62,000 bases of DNA from Hyalangium minutum (lineage in GTDB: Bacteria > Myxococcota > Myxococcia > Myxococcales > Myxococcaceae). Shown piece by piece: positions 1-14,048 of this stretch. The position numbers were made by a program, and so were the translations under genes. Location: assembly GCF_000737315.1 (NCBI RefSeq), contig NZ_JMCB01000013.1, forward strand, positions 20,001 to 82,000, given 5' to 3'. The notes under the pieces were generated by a model. It searched no databases. It was not told the DNA's origin and was given only the letters and a program-made list of their open reading frames with translations. Numbering within the stretch: the stretch's first letter is position 1; the number at the start of each line of letters is the position of its first letter.

Positions 1-1
1 G

Positions 2-2422
<2,421 letters not shown>

Positions 2423-2426
2423 TGGC

Positions 2427-4712
2427 TCAGGCCGGGACCTGCACGCCCGCCGGGAGATAGCCCTGGCGCTCCAGCCACAGCGCAAGGCCCTCGATGCTGT
2501 CCGGCTCCGGGAGCGGCTGGCCACTGTTCGGGTCCCACTCGCGGATCCGGTCCACGTCGTCACCGGCTTGCGGGAAGTGGCGATCATCCTCATCGCCCTC
2601 CAGCTCCACCTGATGGACGCCCTCCTCGATGAGCCGGTTCAGCTGATCCTCGGACAGCGTCTCCAGGTGCGCGACGAGCTGCTCGGGAGGAATGTTCAGC
2701 GCCTTGGCCACCTCCGCCAGCGCCGGGCCCGCGGGGAAGCCGTCACCGGTGTGGTTCGACAGCTCCTCGGCGAGCTTGGGCGACAGGCCCGCACCCTTGA
2801 GGAAGTCCTCCGCGGGGCCCTCGTGCTTGTTGGCCTCCTGCACGTGCGACCACTGCTGCAGGCCGAAGCCCACCGCGACCAGCACGCCCGCGGCGATCTG
2901 CCCCGCGACCGGCACCGCGTTGGAGAGCGCAGCCGCCGTCAGGATGGCCCCGCCCACCGCGGTGGCGGTGTAGCCCGCGCCGCCCACGTAGTCGCCGTTC
3001 TGGAAAGCCTCCGCCGCGCTGATGCCATCGAGCACCGCGCCCAGGCCTCCGAGCACGCCGGAGGCCCGGCCCGCCAGCGAGGAGATGGAGGCCGCCCGCC
3101 CCGCCACGCCGAGGATCGTCTCGTAGGCGCCGATCCCCGTCTCGAGCGCGCCGCTGATGGCGCCGATCTGATCCTTCAAGTCCAGCTCGTTCCAGTTGGC
3201 CAGATCGCCCGCCGCGCCGATCACCCCAAGCACCGTGGTGAACGCGCCGAAGGCTTGCCCGGCGCGGGTGCTCGGGTCGAGGAACTCCAGCTCCTCGGAC
3301 TGCGTGCGGATCTTGTCCTGGAGCCGCTGGATCTCCGCCGGGTCCGTGGCCGAGGCCAGCGCTGTCACGTCATCCGCCAGCGTCTGCAGCCTGGTGGGAT
3401 CCGTCCCGAGCAGAGCGGCGTGGGTCTTCAGGCCATCCAGCACCGCCTGCGAGCGCTCGGGGTGCACGGCGATGTGTAGGGTGGCGGACTTGAAGAGCGT
3501 CTCCGCCACGCCCTGCTGGAAGCCCACGAGGTCGGCGAAGCCCGCGGCCTCCGTCTCGTCGCTGGCGAGGTCCTTTACCTGCTCGTCGGTGAGGTTCTGC
3601 GCCAGGCCGTTCACCTGCTCGAGGAAGGAGGGCTCACCGCGGCCCTGCGCCTCCAGGGCCTGGGCGATGGCCTCGGAGCCCGCCTGGGTGTCACCCAGCC
3701 GCGGGAACACGTTCACCAGCGCCTTGTTGGCCTCTTCCTCCACGGCCTTCCGGTTCTCCTCGGACAGGCCCGAGGCCGCGCTGCCCTCGCTGGACAGCTG
3801 CGACACCGAGCTCAGCACCTGCGAGAACTCGGCGGCCTCGCGCTCCAGCGCGGCGTAGTCCTCCTGGTGGCGCTCCTTGAAGTCATCGACCGCGGCCTGG
3901 AGCTGCTCCGGGCTGAGCACGCCGCCATAGCTCTGCACCAGGTAGCCCAGCTCTTGATTGAGCTCGTCCACCTTGGCCTGCGCCTCCTCGAACTGGCTGC
4001 GCGCGGTGGAGATGCCCTGCGTCAGCACGTCGGTGAGCTCGTTGGCCGCCTGGGACTTACCCAGCTTGCCCAGCTCGGACACCACCGCCGTGGACAGGTT
4101 CAGCCCCAGCCCCTGCTCGGCGAGATCGTGGAGCGCATCGTCGAACTGGTTCAGGTCGCTCTGCTCCGGCAGGGCCTTGGCCAGAGACTCGCCGAGCTGC
4201 TGCGTCGCCTCGGAGCCGAGGATGTCCGTGGCCTTGGCGAGCGCGGTCAGCGTCTCCTGCGTCTGGCCATCGTCGTTCTCGGAGACGCGGCGGCCGAGAT
4301 CCGTGGCGATGTGATCGATCGTCTCCCGCGAGCCCTCGTAGAGCGCGGCCAGCGCCTCGGGATCCTCTTTGAGGGCCTCGGCCTCGCGCTGCAGAGTCTC
4401 GGCGGCGACGCGGGCGCGCTCGTCCGGAGACGCGTTCTCGTAAGCCTCATGGACACGCTCCGCCGCGGCGGCTCCGGGAGTGGAAGCAGCGGCCGGAGCC
4501 GCTGTATCGGAGGTGGCTGCATACGCGCGAGGGGCGAGGGTGGGGCTGAGCTCAACGGGGGCCTTGGCGCGGGCCGACTGGAAGGTGTCGGCGCGGGAAA
4601 TGGCGGGCGTGAGCGGGGGCGGCTTCACCGGCTCCGGGCGACGGAGCTCCTTCGGTGCTACCTGCTTCTGGATCGGTGGGGAACGGCGGGGGCTCTCGGA
4701 ACGGAGGGACAT
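2427..4712 (-). CDS. Hypothetical 761-aa protein: Pro-rich N-terminus, acidic helical/coiled-coil body, Gly/Ala-rich hydrophobic C-terminal helices
   Basis: Long ORF with strong GC3 bias. Start re-placed at ATG 4712 (MSLRSESP) because the 48 upstream codons lie in AT-richer intergenic-like sequence. No catalytic motif recognised. Confidence 0.85.
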   Translation of the reverse strand: MSLRSESPRRSPPIQKQVAPKELRRPEPVKPPPLTPAISRADTFQSARAKAPVELSPTLAPRAYAATSDTAAPAAASTPGAAAAERVHEAYENASPDERARVAAETLQREAEALKEDPEALAALYEGSRETIDHIATDLGRRVSENDDGQTQETLTALAKATDILGSEATQQLGESLAKALPEQSDLNQFDDALHDLAEQGLGLNLSTAVVSELGKLGKSQAANELTDVLTQGISTARSQFEEAQAKVDELNQELGYLVQSYGGVLSPEQLQAAVDDFKERHQEDYAALEREAAEFSQVLSSVSQLSSEGSAASGLSEENRKAVEEEANKALVNVFPRLGDTQAGSEAIAQALEAQGRGEPSFLEQVNGLAQNLTDEQVKDLASDETEAAGFADLVGFQQGVAETLFKSATLHIAVHPERSQAVLDGLKTHAALLGTDPTRLQTLADDVTALASATDPAEIQRLQDKIRTQSEELEFLDPSTRAGQAFGAFTTVLGVIGAAGDLANWNELDLKDQIGAISGALETGIGAYETILGVAGRAASISSLAGRASGVLGGLGAVLDGISAAEAFQNGDYVGGAGYTATAVGGAILTAAALSNAVPVAGQIAAGVLVAVGFGLQQWSHVQEANKHEGPAEDFLKGAGLSPKLAEELSNHTGDGFPAGPALAEVAKALNIPPEQLVAHLETLSEDQLNRLIEEGVHQVELEGDEDDRHFPQAGDDVDRIREWDPNSGQPLPEPDSIEGLALWLERQGYLPAGVQVPA

Positions 4713-4875
4713 AAGCTCGCTCTCGGGGGAGTGACTGCTCTCGAATTCCCAGTACGCAAGAAGGGGATATTCGGTTACAGGCACCCCAATCAGCCGAGAG
4801 GAGAGCAGATGTAGGTGAGAGGAATCCGACGAGTTTCCGAGGGCTTGGCCGTTCACCGGCGGCCTTGGCCGAATG

Positions 4876-6861
<1,986 letters not shown>

Positions 6862-6939
6862 GCGTGCCGCATCGAACCGGTCAGGTCACACCCCTGTCAA
6901 GCGCTCCTCCGGGTTCTGCTCCGAGTGAACCCTCGGCGC

Positions 6940-8394
6940 TCACGCCCCCTTGGGCGCGAGGTCCGGCGCGGCGCGCTCGCCCACGGGGATGGGGGCGGCC
7001 TCCTGGTAGTAGTCGCGCACCTGGTAGCCGCGCGCCATGAGCGCCATGCCCACGCCCGCCAGCGCCGCCAGCCCCGCGTAGAAGAAGAACTGCGCCGAGC
7101 CCGTGAAGATGTTGAGCGACGCGGCGATGGCCACCGCCACGTTGGCCAGCGTGGAGTTGAGCAGCCACAGGCTCTGCACCACGCTCTTCATCTCGCGCGG
7201 GGCCTGCGTGTAGGCGAACTCCAGGCCCGTGGTGGACACGAGGATCTCCGCCACCGTGAGTACAATGTACGGGAGGATCTGCCAGGCGATGTTGAGCTTC
7301 GTGCCGCCCTCGATGACGACCTGGTAGTAGCCGGCAACCACATACGAGAGCGCGCCGATCACCAGCCCCAGCGGCATGCGGCGCAGTGGGGTGAGCTCCC
7401 AGCCCATCTTCTGGAACGCGGGGTAGACCACGGCGGCGAGCACGGGGATGAGGATCATCACCAGCGCGGGGTTGATGAACTGCATCTGGCTGGCCTGGAA
7501 GGTGAAGTCGCCCACCTGCGGATCCATGGCCTTGGCCTGCACCACCCACGTGGAGGCCTTCTGATCGAAGAGCATCCAGAAGAAGGGGATGGTGGGCATC
7601 AGCAGCAGGTTGATGCGGAACACGGCGCGCACGCCCTCGATGGCCTCCTGGGGGTGATCCTTGCGCGCGGCCGACAGCCAGCCCTGGCCCGGTGTGCGCT
7701 CCTTGGGGTTGCGCAGCGCCGAGAGGACGACCTTGAGGAACGAGTGCGGGTTCTGTCCCGTGGGCGGGATCATCACGTAGTGATTCCGGCCAGCCCAGTA
7801 GATGACGGTGGCCACGAGCATCAGTGCGCCGGGAATTCCGAAGGCCACCGCGGGCCCGAACTTCTTGAGCGCCAGCGGGATGAAGAGCGAGGCGAAGAAC
7901 GAGCCCAGGTTGATGGACCAATAGAAGATGGCGAAGACCTTCTTCACCAGGTGCTTCTTCTCCGCGGTGAACTGGTCGCCCACCATGGCGGACACGCAGG
8001 GCTTGATGCCGCCCGAGCCCAGCGAGATGAGGAACAGGCCCGTGTAGAAGCCGTAGATGTTGTCCACGAAGAGCGCGAGGCAGAACTGGCCCACGCAGTA
8101 CAGCAGGCTCAGCCAGAAGATGACGCGGTACTTCCCGAGGAACCGGTCCGCCAGGTACCCGCCGAACAGCGGGAAGAAGTAGACCCCCGACATGAACAGG
8201 TGGAAGTGGGACTTGGCGGTGGCCTCCCGCATGGCCGGATCCGGGTTCACGTTCCTCAGCAGGTAGTCCATGAGGAACACCATGAGGATGTTCCGCATCC
8301 CGTAGAAGCTGAAGCGCTCGCAGATCTCCTGGCCGATGATGAAGGGGATCTGCGGCGGGAAGCGGTTGCTCGTCGCGGGGGTGGTCTCAGCCAT
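6940..8394 (-). CDS. POT/PTR family oligopeptide MFS transporter (PepT/SLC15-like core)
   Basis: QEICERFSFYG, GGYLADRFLG, GSGGIKPCVSAMVGDQF, FYWSINLGS, EILVSTTGLEFAYTQAP. Confidence 0.95.
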   Translation of the reverse strand: MAETTPATSNRFPPQIPFIIGQEICERFSFYGMRNILMVFLMDYLLRNVNPDPAMREATAKSHFHLFMSGVYFFPLFGGYLADRFLGKYRVIFWLSLLYCVGQFCLALFVDNIYGFYTGLFLISLGSGGIKPCVSAMVGDQFTAEKKHLVKKVFAIFYWSINLGSFFASLFIPLALKKFGPAVAFGIPGALMLVATVIYWAGRNHYVMIPPTGQNPHSFLKVVLSALRNPKERTPGQGWLSAARKDHPQEAIEGVRAVFRINLLLMPTIPFFWMLFDQKASTWVVQAKAMDPQVGDFTFQASQMQFINPALVMILIPVLAAVVYPAFQKMGWELTPLRRMPLGLVIGALSYVVAGYYQVVIEGGTKLNIAWQILPYIVLTVAEILVSTTGLEFAYTQAPREMKSVVQSLWLLNSTLANVAVAIAASLNIFTGSAQFFFYAGLAALAGVGMALMARGYQVRDYYQEAAPIPVGERAAPDLAPKGA

Positions 8395-8520
8395 GCGGGG
8401 GCATCTCGGCGGAAATGTGGAGGTCCAAAGACGGGGCCCTTGTGCCTATCCCAGGGGTGAGGCTCGACACAACCCCCGGTGCCGGGAGGTTCAGCTCGGG
8501 CTGGGCGTGGCGACACTTTC

Positions 8521-8557
8521 GGGCTTGCTCGCTGGCGCCGGAGCCAGCGAGCGGCCC
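8521..8557. repeat. Inverted repeat/hairpin in the divergent intergenic region
   Basis: GCTCGCTGGC (8527-8536) / GCCAGCGAGC (8543-8552) is a perfect 10-bp stem, extended by GGGC/GCCC. A second 8-bp stem TCCTGTCC/GGACAGGA lies at 8650-8669. Confidence 0.6.
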
Positions 8558-8753
8558 AGACAGTCCTGGTCCGGCAAGAGGGGTGGGGTCGCCCGAGGCC
8601 GGTACTCCCAGTGCCAGGGTTCAGAGCGCACCGTGCGTTTGATCTCGACTCCTGTCCGAGGGGACAGGACAGGGCTCTCGCGTACTTATTCCTATTTGAC
8701 AAAGGGCAGGGGAGTACGGGCCCGGCTGGCCGCCCGGTATTAGATAGGAGGGG

Positions 8754-9179
8754 ATGGACCTCACGAGACCCACGCCGACAGAGCCTGCCGTGACCGAGGT
8801 GGGGAGTCCGCGCGCCCGGTTCTTCTACAAGGTGCTCGGCTTCGTCTTCGTGGGGCTTGGGGTGCTGGGGGCGGTCTTGCCGCTGCTGCCCACCACGCCG
8901 TTCCTGCTCGTGGCGCTATGGGCCTTCTCTCGCAGCTCGCGCCGCTTCCACCACTGGCTGTACACGCACCCGCGCTTCGGGTCTCGGCTCCAGGAGTGGC
9001 ACGAGTACGGCATCGTGCCGGTCAAGGTGAAGGTGAGCGCCATCTCCGCGATGCTCGTGAGCCTGGCGCTCATGGTCTTCGTCATGCACGCGAAGTGGTA
9101 CGTGATTGCCACTTCGGGCGTGTTCATGCTCATCGGCGCCACGTACGTGCTCAGCCGTCCGAGCCGCCCGCGCTCCTGA
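8754..9179 (+). CDS. ybaN: YbaN/DUF454 family inner membrane protein
   Basis: Family motif [41 protein letters not shown]; SD-like GGAGGG just upstream. Confidence 0.9.
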   Translation: MDLTRPTPTEPAVTEVGSPRARFFYKVLGFVFVGLGVLGAVLPLLPTTPFLLVALWAFSRSSRRFHHWLYTHPRFGSRLQEWHEYGIVPVKVKVSAISAMLVSLALMVFVMHAKWYVIATSGVFMLIGATYVLSRPSRPRS

Positions 9180-9247
9180 GCAGGGGAGCGGTGGGGTAGA
9201 CCCAAGTCTGGCCCAGGGATTACCTTCTCAGGGTCAGGAGTCCCGCC

Positions 9248-9829
9248 ATGCGTTCCCTTGATGCGCTTGAGTCCAGCCTGATTGCTCCAAGGCGCTTCAC
9301 GCTCGAGGAGTATCACCGCCTGCTCCATGTCGGAGTGCTCGGAGAGGATGAGCACGTCGAGCTGTTGGAGGGGCTCATCGTCGATATGGCACCGCAGGGC
9401 CGACCACACGCGCTGGCGATCTCTCGATTGACGGAGTTCTTCATGGCCGCGCGCAGGCCCGACTGCCGGGTTCGTGTTCAGCTGCCGCTCTCGCTTCGTG
9501 AGGACAGCGAGCCGGAGCCTGATCTGGCGGTCGTGACCCGCGAGGAAGAGGATCGGGCGCAGGAGCATCCCCACACCGCGCTTCTCGTGGTGGAGGTAGC
9601 AGCGGAGTCGCTGCGCGCCGACCGCTTGCTGAAGGGCCGGGTCTACGCGCGCGCTGGCATCCCCGAGTACTGGGTAGCGGATGTGGAGGGCAGGGTGGTG
9701 GAGGTCTACACCGCACCGGATGCCGTCCAGAACCGTTACCTGGGGATGCGCACTGTGGGAGCGGGCGAGTCGCTGGGCTCACCCGCCCTCCCTGGACTGG
9801 CTCTTCGCGTAGGCGAGCTTTTCGCCTGA
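9248..9829 (+). CDS. Uma2 family (DUF820) putative endonuclease
   Basis: FTLEEYHRL, ELLEGLI, EPEPDLAVV, LLVVEVA, K.RVYARAGIPEYWVAD; AGGAG upstream. Confidence 0.9.
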   Translation: MRSLDALESSLIAPRRFTLEEYHRLLHVGVLGEDEHVELLEGLIVDMAPQGRPHALAISRLTEFFMAARRPDCRVRVQLPLSLREDSEPEPDLAVVTREEEDRAQEHPHTALLVVEVAAESLRADRLLKGRVYARAGIPEYWVADVEGRVVEVYTAPDAVQNRYLGMRTVGAGESLGSPALPGLALRVGELFA

Positions 9830-9844
9830 GCCAGACCGCAGGTC

Positions 9845-12769
<2,925 letters not shown>

Positions 12770-12789
12770 ATTGGGCGCGTGCTCTAGCA

Positions 12790-12805
12790 CTGAAAGGGTG
12801 TTCCG
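12790..12805. promoter_or_regulatory. Candidate myxobacterial LexA (SOS) box upstream of uvrA
   Basis: CTGAAAGGGTGTTCCG matches 10/12 positions of the palindrome CTGAAC-N4-GTTCAG and 14/16 of the M. xanthus LexA consensus as I recall it (CTRHAMRYBYGTTCAG). It lies about 20 nt upstream of the uvrA ATG. Confidence 0.5.
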
Positions 12806-12930
12806 TTAGCGCACTTTCTGAAACTTGTGGCTGGAGTGTTCGGGAACAGCCCGGATTTCAAGGTGATTTCCAGCCGTACCGGTGGCCTCTGGGGCCCCAA
12901 GGCATTCCGCGTTACGGTGCGCGCACTTTC

Positions 12931-13845
12931 ATGAAGGGCTTCGACATCCCCGAGCGCTGGCGTGGCCTGCCGCTGCTCGTCTTCGCCAGCTTCCTCTTCG
13001 CCCTGATGGCGCTCTGCGCCCGCCTGCTCGCCGGTCTGCTCTCCGTGGGGCAGGTGGTGTGCGGCCGCTTCGTCGTCGGCCTGCTCTTCCTGGCCGTCTA
13101 CTACCCGGTCATGCGGCGCAAGCCTCGCTTCGGACGGCCCACCCTCTGGGCCCTGCGCGGCATCTTCGGCGGCGCCTCCGTCTACCTCTATTTCTATTGC
13201 ATCGAGCAGCTCGCGGTGGGGCCCGCTGTCCTCCTCAACGCCTGCTGGCCCATCTTCGGCTCCATCCTCGGCTTCTTCTTCCTGGACGAGCGCGTCAGCG
13301 GAAACCTGCTGGGCGGTCTCATCGCCGCCACCGTGGGCGCGGGGCTCGTCATCTGGGGCACCGCGCTGGAGATGCCCACGCTCTCGTTCGGCGTGGGCGC
13401 GGGGGCGGGTGTCCTCTCGGCCGTCTTCAGCGGCGCGGCCGTCGTCGCCATGCGCGCGCTGCGCAACGACACGGATGCGGCCACCGTCTTCCTGTCCTTC
13501 TGCGCCTTCGGCCTGCTGTTCGGCCTGCCGTTCGCGCTGGCGGACTGGCGGCCTCTCACCTCCTATACGGTGCTGGTGCTGGTGGCGCTGGGGCTCACCT
13601 CGGCGGCGGCGCAGATGATCTTCACCTACGCCATGGGCTACGTCACCACGGCCATGGGCGGCGTGGGCTCGCAGCTCACGCCTGTTTTCTCCTGGATGCT
13701 CGGGGCCTTTCTCCTCGCCGAGCCCGCGGCGCCGCTCGCGCTGCTCGGTGCGGCGGTGTGCGTGGGCGGTGTGCTCTGGGGCACAGGCATCTTGGGCAAG
13801 CTGCTCGCTCCAGCGCCCAAGCCCTCAGGCCGGCCCAGCACGTAG
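12931..13845 (+). CDS. DMT/EamA family transporter
   Basis: About ten hydrophobic helices in two EamA repeats; motifs RGIFGG, AVLLNACWPIF, FFLDER, AQMIFTYAM, LLAEP. Confidence 0.92.
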   Translation: MKGFDIPERWRGLPLLVFASFLFALMALCARLLAGLLSVGQVVCGRFVVGLLFLAVYYPVMRRKPRFGRPTLWALRGIFGGASVYLYFYCIEQLAVGPAVLLNACWPIFGSILGFFFLDERVSGNLLGGLIAATVGAGLVIWGTALEMPTLSFGVGAGAGVLSAVFSGAAVVAMRALRNDTDAATVFLSFCAFGLLFGLPFALADWRPLTSYTVLVLVALGLTSAAAQMIFTYAMGYVTTAMGGVGSQLTPVFSWMLGAFLLAEPAAPLALLGAAVCVGGVLWGTGILGKLLAPAPKPSGRPST

Positions 13846-13994
13846 CGCGGTAAGAATTCTTCCGTCCACCGCCGAGCATTCCTGCAAAATTTTCCGCGAC
13901 GTGGGGTCTGGGTACTTTCTTTCCACACCCGGGCCGGGTTTTTACTCACGGTATCCGGCCCGTTTGCCTCGTTGACTCCTCGTCTCCTCCGAGT

Positions 13995-14010
13995 GGGCAT
14001 CAACGTTGCA
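13995..14010 (+). promoter_or_regulatory. Candidate sigma54 (-24/-12) promoter of the choice-of-anchor-D lipoprotein gene
   Basis: GGGCATC-AACG-TTGCA versus consensus TGGCACG-N4-TTGCA, with exact 10-nt GG-to-GC spacing, 39 nt upstream of ATG 14049. Confidence 0.5.
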
Positions 14011-14048
14011 CATGCCTCTCCCGACGCAGGTTTCGGGAGGCGGCGATT

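Noticed and set aside
8683-8705. AT-rich patch before ybaN as a Fur box or sigma70 promoter
   Set aside because: It does not match the Fur palindrome, and no -10 hexamer follows TTGACA at the proper spacing.
9248-9829. Uma2 gene as part of a restriction or defence system
   Set aside because: It stands alone with no methylase, toxin or antitoxin partner; Uma2 paralogs are abundant in myxobacteria.
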